Source: Trichosphaerium sp. ATCC 40318
Taxonomy: Eukaryota; Protista; Tubulinea
Direction of reading: 5' to 3'
Length of the DNA: 64,000 nt
Assembly: GCA_038496445.1 (NCBI GenBank)
Contig: JALMLS010000064.1
Coordinates: 62,001 to 126,000 of the forward strand
Shown: positions 24,833 through 40,181 of the stretch, piece by piece
How positions within the stretch are numbered: the stretch's first letter is position 1
Layout of the letters: each line of letters begins with the position of its first letter
Translations under genes and position numbers: made by a program
The notes under the pieces: model-generated
Databases searched by the model: none
Told to the model about the DNA's origin: nothing
What the model saw: only the letters and a program-made list of their open reading frames with translations

Positions 24833-27094
24833 TTAATCCTTTTTTGTGAGTCGAACGTAAGGTATCTCAGCTCCACGGCTTCCCTATTAGTCTAGTGAGC
24901 AAGTAACGTCTTTAAGTCTCGATGATTGGTAACGTATTAACTAGTTCCACGACTGCACGTACCTGTACAAGTAATTGAAGCGGCAAGGTTTGACTACCTC
25001 GAAGCATTGTATTTACAGAAGGCAGTAGATTGCGTGATATAGGTGTCACAAGGTAAAAATGGCGAGATTGCATGTCAATAGCCTTGATAATGCCTAACCC
25101 AATACAATGGCAGTTCGGCGTTTCTTTTAGAAGGAGAGGGAGACATGCAGTACCCTCTGGTTTTTTCTGGTACTTTGTATTGTCAATAGCTAGTCCAACT
25201 ATCTGCCCATTAAGAGCGACCTAGACCCAACAGGTAAGGCTTTGTGTTTTGGGACATGTCTATTTTGTTATCACTACTCGTACCATTGTTTGAGATGGAG
25301 GAACATCTACATCCATGAAGCACACCTTAAATTGCTGCCAAGGTACCTTGTATGTGATGCCTACACCAACAAGGCCACTACTAAATATTTTGAAATGAGC
25401 CATTATGCGATAGTTCCTCAGTGCCTGTGCGCTTTCTGAAGTCGAGGTGGTTAGCAACAATATCACTTGTGCTCGTCAATCTTTGGTTCTTACCCTGGAC
25501 AAGTGTGTTTGAACTCCTGGGAATGAGCTTGTTCAGACTTATTTGCTCTCCTTCGAACGCTGTCTTTTTAGGTGGAAACAGCGACTCAAACTTGACGTTT
25601 ATGCCAGCGACTACATCCGGATCCAGTATAGTAAGCAACTCGCGATGTAAGATCAATCCAAAGTCTGCAGCAAAGTGAGATGACCGGTTTTGTGCTGGTG
25701 CTGAACAAACAAATGTGTGTATGCAACGTACTCTCTAGCCAGCCGAACGAATTGATTATCAAAGGTGCGTCCCGGATATTAGAGTCGGTTGCTTCGTCAT
25801 AAAACGTTTTGAGTGCTTTTGCCTAAGCACTAAGGTTGGAACACCACAGACAAACAAAATCCAAAAAAAATGGTAGGACGCACCATATTCAAATACAACT
25901 CAGGTTTTTGTCCAGGATCTATATTACCGAGATAGTAAGAATGTAGAGGCTTCTTCATGTGTGTATAAGACGGTCCGAAGATAGGTTGGTCTATCACTGT
26001 TATTGATACGAATCCAGGAGGTGTGAATTCAGGTTGGCCAGGATCTAGGTCTAGCCATACCACTTTTTTAGATACTTTCCTGCACAGATGTAGCTAGTTA
26101 ATACATTTGGCGCCACTGCAACCAGAAGTTTTTTTCAACGCACTTTTTTTTGTTTGTAGTCAGGTATTTGTTGGCGAGATAGCGCGCCATTGTTGACTTG
26201 CCCACGCTCTTGCCACCCAATATGAGAACTTTTTGTTTGCGATCCAGGGCATTGCTGACTGCTTTCCAGTCATCCGACACATAAGTTGTGCGTATGGGCA
26301 AACTATTAATGTCTACATACAAAGTAAGGATCCCTTATGACCAAGGTTACAGTGCACGCACCAAATTGTTCTGGGATGACTACCATCCAATCCAAACCTA
26401 CTGGATTTTGTCTTTTGAGACAGGACCAAGCGTCAGGTAACTGAAATCCTGGAAAGAGAGATTGATCCACACTTGCAAATGGACCCTTCTCTACAATCAC
26501 AATCTACGATCCCATTAACAAATCTCCACTTACACACAACGTACGGCGTGGTGAGTACCGGCACGAGATATGTGCGATGCTATTGCTTCACTCATGTCAC
26601 GTCGCACTCCTCCAAGTATCGAAGAATTCGATTTGAGCATGTCTAAAGTGGTTTGAACCTACATTGCAAGCTTGTGAGCAGTCCGCTGTTTCCTCGTGTC
26701 AAGTCCCGAACGTACTTGCGTTGTTGCGTTAATATACGACACTGGAAAGTCTTTGGGGCAAGTGACATGGTGCTTAGTGGGCGCAGGGGTGAGTGTGATG
26801 CCATTCAACGATATTTCCCCAGAAACAAGTCTTACGGACAATGAACCAAAAAAACACAAGCTCTGGACATATTTTGAGCGTAAGGTACGTGTTGTTGATC
26901 GCTTACCTCATTTTGCGGTAAAAAAAAAACTATGCTGTCTTTGGCTTTAAACCACCTGTTCTTACTCTTTGTAAACGAAAATGTGGTGTTTTTCTGAAAA
27001 GAGAATGTTATTTTGTACAATGACCAATTTAACCGCTGTAGCGTACGAATAGTTGCCTTGCTTGCATGATGTACAATTCCACACGTTTAAACAT
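24833..27094 (-). CDS. NOL9: polynucleotide 5'-hydroxyl kinase NOL9/Grc3 (Clp1 family)
   Basis: P-loop GGKSVGKSTMARYLAN, LDLDPGQPEFTPPG, and C-terminal CIGLGIIKAID...ITP. Confidence 0.88.
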
Positions 27095-27154
27095 AAAGAC
27101 CAATCGCGAACAGCAATTTGACTAAGTTTACCCACAATTACACCCCTTTTTGAC

Positions 27155-28979
27155 ATGGCTGCCGTTACAGTGATTGGTGGGGGTATAACTGGACTGAGCG
27201 CAGTACACTTTATGAAGAAGCGCGGTACAAAGCCCATTCTTTATGAGGTGCGTCTTTTGTCTTTTTTTATGGTTGTCTCAACAGTAACGTGCAAAAAGGC
27301 ATCAAGTAAAACAGGGGGATGGATCCAAAGTAAAGTTGTTGCGAACGGAACAATTGTTGAGGTACATCTCGTAATAGCACGCCAATAACACGTTTTAGCA
27401 AGGCCCTAGGTCAATACGAGGTGCTTGGCCTGATTCTAGACACACGTATGAGCTGATTGACGATCTTGACATCCAACAACAAGTCTTGCGTGCCTCTAAA
27501 GCAGCAGAAGGAAGGTGAAGAGCGTACCCGTGACGTGTTATGCTGAGCGCTCATTAGACACATCTACCAACAAGGAAGCATGAGACAAGTAACTGCCAAG
27601 CACTTATTCACAGATTGGCGCTTCCTTTATGGTGCGCTTTCAGAGCCGTTCGCTAAACGCCAGCGCATCAAACAGCCAGAATCAGTACAGCAGTTTGTAG
27701 AAAGGCGTTTTGGAAAGTGCGTCATCGTAGTACCAGGTCATCATTGTCGGATTGCCTTGTTCTTGAAACAATCCACCTGACCCGCTATAAGGTACGTACA
27801 CGACACACTCATTGCACCTCTTTGCCATGGTATTCACGCCCGCCACTCTTCAGAACTGGACGTCGAGGTAACGTGGTCACATCACTTTCTTACATTTCCC
27901 AGCCACCATCTCTCATTGCGCGGTCCTAGGCATGCTTCAAGTTCCTCCCAGAGTTTGAAGAGCAATATGGTAGCATTGTTATGGGAATTTTAGCTTCAGC
28001 GGTAGTACCGTCAAAGCACGGCAAACCTGCTGATGGTCCACGCGGGCCGTTTTCATTTCTAGATTCAGGCGTTGGGCATCTACCTGATACATTAGAAAGT
28101 CATCATGCGGACTGTATTTCCAAGTCGACACCAGTAACACGTATTGACCTAAAGGATGGCAAACCTACAATAGTACTACCAGGCGATAAACAACACAGTT
28201 GTGCGCTACGAGTTTTTTAGGATTTTTTTTTTCATCACCAGCCAACCAGCCACTCACTTTGTACTTGATCAAGGCGATAAAGTTGTATGTGCAGTGCCAC
28301 CGGTGCAATTGATAAAAATGCTTGGTCACAACATGAGCGAGGTACCCAATGTCAGCAATATTTCGTTTTATTATCATCCTATCCGTGGAGAGTTCCGCTT
28401 GGCTCGCACAAACAAAATGCTTAACTGCTCTAATATTTATTGCCTACACAGCGTATGAAGACGTTGCTATCTTCTATTGGCGGCACAAGTGTAGGGGTTG
28501 TGCACTTGTTGTTTAAAAAGAAGGATGCAGGACCTGCGCTTAAGCTTGGATTTGGCTATTTGATCGCAAAGCACGACAAACAACAAGTTTTAGGCGTCAC
28601 TGTAGACTCCAACACATTTCCGCAATATGCGCCGGACGACACTGTGAGTATGACAGCTATGGTTGGACATGATGCCGTGGCTGCACTACGTTCATTAGAT
28701 GATAACAACGCCCGAGACAGCGCACTTGTGGACATTGCCTTGGATACCTTACGCAAACAGCTGAATATGACGGCGACCCCATTTTATAGCTGTGTCACGC
28801 TGTGTCGAGATGGGATAGTGCATTATGCACCGGGACATGCACACAAGATCAAGCAGATAAGACAACTCGCAGCACAAGAGCATCCTTGGTTGTACTTGGC
28901 GGGCGCCGCTTTTGACGGCACGAGCGTAAACCAGTGCGTGTCTTCCGGTCACTCGGCGGCTGCTTGGTCTTGTGCATGA
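27155..28979 (+). CDS. PPOX: protoporphyrinogen oxidase
   Basis: VIGGGITGL FAD-binding motif, GGWIQS, EQGPRSIR, ESVQQFVERRFG, GFGYL and GTSVNQCV. Confidence 0.93.
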
Positions 28980-29089
28980 ACATAAAAACAAATTAAACAA
29001 AAAAGACAACAATTTTTTTAAATGCAGATTGTCCAACAGTATACTGTGGCTGATTAAAAAAAAATTGATAAACCTGTACTTCAACCACA

Positions 29090-29623
29090 TCAAACTACAT
29101 TTATTTTCGTTGTAGATTTACAGTTTGGTGTAACATCAGGACCGTTCTTTGTTACAACAAAAGTGGTGTCGTCGTAAATGTCTTTTTCTACTCCAAGGCC
29201 ACCACACTTGCCTGATACACAGCAAGACTGTTGGGAAAAAACTTCGTATTTGTATTTAAGACTGCCTTTTGGTTTCCAAACTCGTGCGCGTCCTCTTATA
29301 TTTAACGCCAAATCTGGTCTGTTGGGTATTTGATACACCAAAGAAGTCGTAAAGTTGCATTCGTTGGCTTCTGTACCTACCGTAACGTTCCCAATAGTCC
29401 AATACGCCCAACCAATATAGCGAGTGGTAGCTGGGTATAGTGAAACCATAGGAGTGCCACAGTTTGAAGGGTCGAGGATAATATCGCGTGTAGACTCAAG
29501 ATCGAACTCTTGACCCATTAGCTCTTGTGCATCTAGCGCAAAGGGAATTGGGGCGCCAGTAATCCTCTGACTTGATACGCTAGTAGCTAACACAATTAAG
29601 GAAAGTAAAGTAAAGGTGCGCAT
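29090..29623 (-). CDS. intronless secreted Cys-containing hypothetical protein
   Basis: 177-aa ORF with a clear signal peptide MRTFTLLSLIVLATSVSS. Confidence 0.75.
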   Translation of the reverse strand: MRTFTLLSLIVLATSVSSQRITGAPIPFALDAQELMGQEFDLESTRDIILDPSNCGTPMVSLYPATTRYIGWAYWTIGNVTVGTEANECNFTTSLVYQIPNRPDLALNIRGRARVWKPKGSLKYKYEVFSQQSCCVSGKCGGLGVEKDIYDDTTFVVTKNGPDVTPNCKSTTKINVV

Positions 29624-29810
29624 GTTGCAAGTTGCTCCTTTTTTTAAAGTTGCAGAACTTCTGTTGACTTGTTACGGAACTTCTGTAACTTGTTTTGGTC
29701 GTTTTTACCATTTACAGTAAGTTTCCTGAATAAAAATAGTGAACATTTCAGTTGCACTGAGCCTTGTTCCGCGAGTTTCTTAATTATTGGTACGAGAACA
29801 GTTCCCATTG

Positions 29811-30084
29811 TGTCGATATTAACGAAGGAATTGACCCGGATATCGACAAAAAAGATTATCGATAATCACGTTATTCAGTTCGTTGTTACTCATAACCTGA
29901 ATAATGTCCATGCCTCATATTTGAAAAATGGATGCTATCAGGTGATACAATGTATTTGTTGCTTATTACAATGTACTGAATGCTCATAGTGATGAGCAAA
30001 TACAAACAAAAAAGTGAGATTTGATAATCTTTTTTGTAGATAATCCGCGTCAATTCTGAACGTAAATAAGTCACGATATTGACA
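29811..30084. mobile_element. small MITE-like / foldback element
   Basis: GAATTGACCCGGATATCGACAAAAAAGATTATCGAT (29828-29863) is an imperfect inverted repeat of about 30019-30056. Outer TGTCGATAT/ATATTGACA also pair. Confidence 0.55.
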
Positions 30085-30286
30085 TAGCGTACACACGTTT
30101 ATCAGCCATTAAAAAATCACCCCATAGCATGTTAAAATGGTTAGCCTAAGCGAACGTGTGAACTCTACAATTCTGGTTCTATAGGCTGTTGACTATCACT
30201 GATGTAGCTTTACACACCATGTGATTAGTGTAGGATAGGTTAAATTTGATTTTGTGTGATACAATAATTAAGAAACTCGGGTTTGT

Positions 30287-33200
30287 TTATTTTTTCACAT
30301 TTTTCTTTTTTGGGACCTTTCTCCTTACAGTTTGCAAAACAGTTTTTTTCTGTTTTTCTGGCTCCTGTCCTTGCGCTTGCTTCCAAAACCGGTTGAACAT
30401 TTCATAAGTTTTGGCTCGTTGCCGTCGTGCCTGGGCCTCTTCCTTGGCCTCCAGTTTTTCTGCCGTTGACCGACTTTGTCGACGTATTGCTTCCGCAAAG
30501 TCTGCTTCAATCTGCTCCTCATCAGCTTTTCGTTGATACTCCTCACCTCTGAGATAGGCTTCAGCGTCCCTCCGACGCTTTGTGTTAACAGCATCGTATG
30601 CCTTCTGCAATGCTTGTTGTTGCTCAATTGATGATGCCAAGTCTCCTTCAGTTCGTTCCTTGAGATAGTGCATGTAGTCACGTGCTTTAGTATTTAACTG
30701 AACCTTATCCACCAGCCGTTCAAGAGCTTGTCGTTTGTAGTTCATATTGTACAGCTGAGCCTCTTTGCGTGCTGTGTTGAAGGCGTATGTCTGAGCAGGC
30801 GTCATGTACACTTGTAATAGCTGCAAGCACGAGAAGAGCGCTGAAGCAGCCTCTCTCTTTTGTGTGAAATTGTCCATGTGGAAGACAAGCACATTGAGCG
30901 CCCTAGTGTAAGCTGATTCATACAGACCTGGCGGTTCAAAGTCTTCCGGTTGGTGTACAGGCATGTAAGTCTTACAAACGTTCTCCAACTGCTGGATAAC
31001 CAATGATGACGGTGCAAAAGTAGCGGCAATGTCTCCCTCCCTGGCGAAATGGCGCGTAAACACGGGTTCGAGTTGTGGTGTAAGGGCTAGCAACCGCGAA
31101 CGTAGGTCCTCTACTAAAATGGTGTCATCGCCCTTAGCAATCCGTTGCAACTGTTGTGCGATATCGTCAATTTCGCGGTAGACGTCGTTACTGTGAATCG
31201 GCAACTCGGTCTCTTCGAACATGGTTTCACCAGTTTGCCAGTGGGATCGCTTGTAGTAGTCGATAAAGTACGTGAGGTACGGCATGTATGAATGCGCCAC
31301 ACCTCCAAAAATCTGGCTGTTGCGCAAGAGCTCCCTGTTGTAGTGTAATACAGCGTTGATGTCCTGGGTTAGATTACAGGCTTCAGTGCCAACAGATTGG
31401 CCCCAAGAAGGTACTGCTTCTAGTTTTTCTCCTCCTAGAACCCAACAAGTAAGCATGAGGATCCGAGAAAATGGTCATGTGTCCAAACGCAAAAAAAACC
31501 AACAATGAAATGTAGATACGTACGCAACGTTCTGATAGCGTCATAGGCCATTCTCGTTGCGAAATCGTGAGTGCTATGTGATGATTAATGCTTTTATATT
31601 TCGGGCTCAACTAATAGGGGATTGATTGTACCGTGCTTGTAAAATGTCATTTGACAAATCGGGCAAGCTATTGACATCATCTGCCATGCCTAAATCCGTT
31701 TGTGAGACATGGTGTACATAAGGTTAGAAAACATAAAATAAAAAAATAGAAGGATAGGGGGGTTTACCAGAGTCGTTAATGACTAAGCGTTGTGTAATAG
31801 TATGTACATCTCCAGTGTAATCAGTGTATGACATGCTGAATAAAAGCTGTTAGATAAACAGCGCAAAGAAGTGTGTGCGGATTTGTTGAGCAATGCCGTG
31901 CCTGAATGAGCCGTTCTCCGGTGCTTTGATTTTAGGTTTGTATGGTACAGGCGCCGTTCGTCTCGCTCGGCGCGTGGAAGTTGTTGTGGCAGTTGGCGGA
32001 GCAACCTTTGGCGCCAGCTTAATCAGTACCTTTTTAGAGAATTCCTTTGCCAAATCCTAACAAAAAGAGTGAGCGCTAGTGGGATGCATAGTTTTTTTTA
32101 TCAATGAGTGAATGAATAAATGAACACGAGGACTCGCGCGTACATCTGTCTGGTATTTTTCGACCTGTTTAGGAACCGGATTTTTCTTGCGCTTTGGCTG
32201 CGCAGGTTCACGGAGAGCTTCGTCATATAGGTCTGCGAGCTCTACTTGATCTCCTACGAAATCTCGGTTGCGCGGGAAGTTCTCTATTGTGTTTTCATCG
32301 TTATTGTAAATCATGTCGCGTTGTCGATTCTCGAATCGGTTGAAAACCTCCACCGTCCTTTCTGCAACGTTTGGTTCGTAGGCATGGACAGGTTGAGGGT
32401 CTGGTATGAATTCAATGCTGGATGCCAGCGTAGGTACACGAAACACGTTGGCAGGATCGCCAGGTAATCTCGATGCGCCATAAATGTTGGAGACTACGTA
32501 ATCTTCGAAATGCAGTGTAACTTTAAGACCTGTAATCTCAGGCATCAAGATGTGAGACAGCAGCAATCCAGTGCCACCCTTATCCCATACTTCTTTTCTC
32601 TTGGTCTCGTCCTTTTCCCACGTCCAGAAGGTTATACCAGGAATACAGTCTAGGCGAAAAGTATGGGTAAAAAACAAAATTGAAAAAAAAAAAACAATTG
32701 TAATTTCAAACTGAAAAGATTTTGATGAAATAATCAACACAGTATTGCCTTACCCAAAAATTTGCCAATGGAATCGGCGTAGTTGTGAGGCGTAGGGAAA
32801 GCAGGGTCAGCTACAGTGGTCTTTATCCCTTTTTCAAGTAGAGTATTGATGGATGACTTGAATTCATCCACGTCCTCGTCATTTACTCTGTCCGATATGA
32901 TGAGGACTCTTCGTTCCTCGGATGCGCCAGCTTCTTTAGCAGGTAGCATATCGAACGAAGCAGATACCATCTTCAGGCCTTGTGCAAGACCTACCTTTGG
33001 CGAGGTTGATACAGTTCGCTACAGTACGTTAGTATCTTTCTCTAATAGACAGGGTGCGGTTGTGCTACGTCTTGAAGAAAAGGCGAAGACGTAAAAAAAA
33101 AAACCCAAACGCTAAAATCTATGGAACGTACGTAGCCCTCTAGTGCGTCTAATAGCTTTGCTGGTAATGGAGCCTCTATGTCCGATCTTGTACCATCCTT

Positions 33201-36200
33201 TGATTGTTCCAGTTCTGTTTGCATTCTCTCTACATAACTAGAGTTACTATTGTCGGTGTGGGGCCCGTAATTGTAAAAATAGTACCAAACAAATCCTCAT
33301 AATACACAGCCAAACTCTTGTCCATGTCTTCTTCTGCTTCTTTGGTATACAAGTGAGCGTCGGCGCCAGGATCTGCCCAGTATCTACGATTGATCATATC
33401 TTGTAGTTGGACCTCACGCATAAGCTCGTTCGATTGCTCTGTCGCAAATGTAGGTGTTAACTCTCCAGGTCTATCCAATTTTTCGCTAAACTTTTCCATT
33501 TCGCGCTTGCCCAGTTCGTGCGAACGATAGAATCTACACAACATGGTTATTACTGGCACCAGTTAAAAAAAAACATCTGAGTGAATGCTACAGGTCTGTA
33601 TGCATACCTGTTCTCAGGGTTATCCGAAATATGCTCTCTAGTTAACCGTGAGTGTTCAGTCTTTCCACGCAATGGCAATGTGTTCTTAGGGTCAACTACA
33701 CAAACTGGTAAACACAAAAAAAAAAGCTTTTGTTGTTTGTATGCTGTGTGACATAAGGTCCACGAGTTTACGTACTATCAGGTAACGTCTCAGCAAGAGC
33801 CAATCCTGCACCATACGTTAGTGCCAAGTAGATCAAAAAAAAAAAAAAGGTGAATTATTATGTATGTTATTGTACGTCGTTTTACGAGCAAAGCCTTCTT
33901 TTGGACCTCCTCAATTGCTTTCTTGGTAACACCGCCCATGCCAGTCGCTAGATCTTTGACAGCAAGTTCTAAATTGCCTGGATACATCCAATCTCCAAAG
34001 GCCTTAGATTCTATAGGTTGGCCCTCGTCCCAAGGAGGTTGAAATGGAATGTCATCGAAGAGCTCTCGATCGTCAAGTGGACAGTCCATAGCCATCCATG
34101 GATATACCATTTTACGAATAACAGCAGGCAGCTCCTCCGCCTCGTCTTCTGTCAAGTCTAGAAATTTTTCCGTTATGAGCATATCCAAGTTGTCTCTTAT
34201 GGCATCCACTGAAGGTTCGCCAATACTGGCAAGTTCTTTTTGTTGTGCTTCCAAGTCAAAAACATCTTTCTTCTTCTCCAAAAAATCAAACAGCCTGACA
34301 GGCATCTCTGGTTCAAACCGTTCTGATTCACTGACAAGAGGTGATGGTGGAGGTTTCATACGCCATGCACGTAACTCCTCTCGTTTTTCTCTGAAAGATT
34401 GTTCATGTTCTTGTAGAGACTGCAAAGTCGCTGAACAGTTTTGTATCATTACTGTTTTTTTTAGTTCTGTAAGCGTTGTGTCTTGCATTATGCGCTCTCG
34501 CTCCCTCTCTAACTTGTTAATCTGTGTTTCTAGACTAGCTTGGTGAGCTCGTTCCAAAGCCGTTTCTGGACCATCCTCAAACCTAAAAAAAAAACATTTT
34601 TAATTTATCCATCAAATCAAAACGCGTCAACTAAAGGCAAGAAAGCAAAATAAAACGTGTTAAACGAACGTACGGTTCCCAGCCCAACACCGTGTCAACT
34701 TTTTCGCCAACAACAGTGAATGACAGCTTGTCAAAGTTACGCGACTCCATCTGTTTCATGACGAATTGTATGCATTCATATAGTCTATCTATCCTGTTAA
34801 CGGAAGGTATTGCACCTAAAGGGGTTGGTGTGAGAAACAAAAGGCATACAACAAAAATTGAGAATAACCGGAGGTAAATTAATCAATCACTACCTCGTGC
34901 ACGTACCAGCAGAAGAGCCACTTTGAGCAATATCCAGCATTATGTGGAGCGTCAGTGGTCGCCTTGTAGGTGGGAGAGGATTATCAAAGCCGAAATCTCC
35001 CGCGTCAATTTTGTCTACGAGTGCTTGACACCTCATATAATACGCATCTGCAAGCTTAGTCTCGTTGGTGCCAAGTGGTTTGTACACATACTTTGGGTTG
35101 TACATACGGCCTGTGTACAATGGACTGAAGTACGCTAATTCTTGTATAGGTCTTTTTCCCTTGTCTTCAGCTTCGTCCCAGATGACCTGTCGTAAAGCAG
35201 GATCTTCCTCAATCATTGCATCGATCTTTGCTACCCATGGCTCCATTTTTAGTTCCAACTCCTCTCCCCAAGCCACAGATTGGTCGGAATGGTTGTCTTT
35301 AACGTGCTTGGCGGCTTCGGCCATGTATTGATCAAAGACCTTGCCGAAACCAACAAATCTGAATTGTTCCGGTAGACTAAGCTCGAATTTATCTGGATCT
35401 CCAAGCAGCTGCCCTGTTTTGTGTAAATACAACTCCTTCATCAATTCTAGTCTGTATAGGCGGAGTGACTTATAATCCAAGTATGGTGCAACAAGTCGAT
35501 GGTCATGATCACCTTTAAAATGTGGTCTTAGTTGTGTCAAGAACATTTGATTGAACCAACACCCGATGAAACATACCTTTCCAAATGCCCCAAAATGTTG
35601 GCATTTCGGGCTTTGTTGGCGTCGTTTGTATGAATCTCAGTGGAGAGGTCGGTGGCGTGATAAAGAGTCTTACAAAAGGCTCCAATTTGCCAGAAAATGG
35701 ATCTTGCGATTTAGCAAATGCAACATTGACGCTTGGTTCTCTGGCTTTGCCCTACGTTGAACAGTTACTTAGGGTGCCACACCAACTTTTTTATTTGAAA
35801 AATTGTGCCAACACTTACGCCTATTGTTGTGCCTCCTCTAAATGGTTCCATCCCTCTCCGTGAATACGACATTGATTCAAATGAAGGAATGCTATCGAGC
35901 ATACTTACATTGCTGGCTGCGGCTGTTGGTAGTGCACGTGCTCGCAGATCATATTCCTTCTTGGTGAGTACCCTGTTTTCGTGTGCCTATAGCATTAATC
36001 ATTAGTTAATGCGGATGCAGTTTTTTTTTTTTAATTAACCTGGTGTCCCAAGTCATCCGCTTTTGTAAGAAAACCAGTAGTGTCCCTTTGAGCGTGCAAA
36101 GCAGCTCCCACAGCAACTGTGTGCGATGGGTGACACCGAAGCGAGGCAATAGGCGTTTCGAATATAGATTCTAGTGTATTTGCTGCGCTTGGGTAGTTAA

Positions 36201-37609
36201 CAGAATTCCCTAGAAAAAACAAAATACATTCAGTTCTCTGTGGCAAGGACAAAATAGTTTTTGCAACTCAACCACTAATTTTGTTTTCTGTACCTCCTGT
36301 AAGAACTACGCGATTTATATCCTTTGTTGATAGTTCGTTGTCTTTTAAAAACTTATTGACTTGTCCAGTCAGCAACTGCCTTATGTGCGCATCAGACAGA
36401 ACGTGTCGTTCCTCACGCGAAAATTGTTCACCAGCTATCAAGTCAACCTGTTGCTTTTCACTAAGGTCTTCGCTTATCCTATGTAACATGCTGCTATCAA
36501 CTCTTCGCTTGTTTATCTAGACGGCCATGGTTTAGCAAATAATTTGGGGTTTGTGTGTCAAGACGCAGTTTTGGGGTATTGGTTTGTGTACCTTTAAACC
36601 GGGTTTTCCGTCTTTGGCGAGGCCAGGCTTAAGGGATGGCAAGAAATCAGCAAGGTGTTGCTCAACACGACCTAAAAAGTAGGGATCCCTCTGACTTGAC
36701 ATGACATCTATACGGCCTTTGTGACACTTTACAAGTGTCAAAGTCATGCTCACTCCAAAATCTAAAATTGGATTTTTGAGTGTGTGGCTACTAGCTTACA
36801 AAATCGAAAACCAATAGTTTGGTTTGAACATACCAGCAACAAGCACTATACCACGTTCTGGTACTAAATCTGTAGCGGCAAGAGCTGCTATTGGTTCTTC
36901 TACCATGTCGACGACTGATATACCCACCTTAGCAGCTTCTTTGCGCACTCGTTGCCGACTGTTATTGTCATAGTGGCAAGGAATCTTAACAGAACGTCAT
37001 TACATCATTTTGTAAACAAAACATGTAGACAGTGTATAAAACGAGACAGTACCGAAAGAACAGCCTTGATGGGTTTGTCACCATTTTGCTGCTTAATTAC
37101 ATCCGCAATCCGCTTCATGGTAGCGCCAAGTATTGCTTGAGAATCATTGCTTTCCATTGGCGAGGCGACAGTTTGGTCTGCCGGCACGACACCCCAAGAC
37201 CCAATGACACGCGAGTATGACAGCGCCGGCGCATCTTTTAATGCAAATTTAACGTGTGGCCTTCGCCTTGCCTATGCACGTGTTAATGCAAAGCGTGCTT
37301 TTATGTCTAACGCACTAATTGAACCGCGTTTGTGCCATGAGCCACCTCACTTGATTCCAATGGCATAGCAACCAAGCTAGGGAAGGAGTATTGCCCACTC
37401 ACAGGGTTTTTGAGCAATCGCACCTCCTTTTGCTTCAATTCTGCAACTTTACACTTTGTATTACCCACATCGATAGCGTAGATCGTATCCGTAGCGTAAT
37501 TGCGCTAATTGAGAGTGTCAGGTGCAATAGTTCGTGCATTAACACTGCGTACCGCTGGCGTAGCACAACGTGCGCGAGCTAAACGCGTAGCTTTACTTGT
37601 AGCTAACAT
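30287..37609 (-). CDS. very large putative mitochondrial protein: degenerate Hsp70-like ATPase domain, split vWA-like domain and coiled coil (one junction near 35.58-35.91 kb unresolved; may be two genes)
   Basis: Presequence MLATSKATRLARARCATPARNYA, then IYAIDVGNTKCKV, VEEPIAAL, VVLTGG and VAVGAALHA (Hsp70). Downstream LHIMLDIAQSGS and RRVLIISD are vWA-like. Confidence 0.6.
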
Positions 37610-37823
37610 TTTTCTATCAGTGTGTTCTCTGCGGTGAGTTCATAGACTTAAAAGAGCTACTCAGAGGCGCGTCTATACCGCTTTTTTTCTTTGCCTAATG
37701 TATCACGGGCTTAGCACTGAACACATCAAAAAAAATTAAGTCACGCATAGAAAAAGTTTAGACGCTTTTTCAAGTGCTTATTCCAGCACCTCTTCGTTTA
37801 AACAAACATAAAAAGCAAAAATA

Positions 37824-40029
<2,206 letters not shown>

Positions 40030-40181
40030 CTTTGTATGCATGCCTTGTACTCTTACTCAAAAACCTTTTTTTTACGTATCCTGTAAACGCTTTGTTTTTT
40101 TTCAACAACAATAAAAGAAAAGCAAACAAAAACTAGTATCAAATTACTTATCTGGCACGCGTTTACATAATCCTCGTCTGT

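Noticed and set aside
29989-30059. Possible C/D snoRNA (GTGATGA...CTGA with a short rRNA-like antisense CGTCAATT)
   Set aside because: No terminal stem, only about 8 nt of complementarity, and the segment is better explained as one arm of an inverted repeat.
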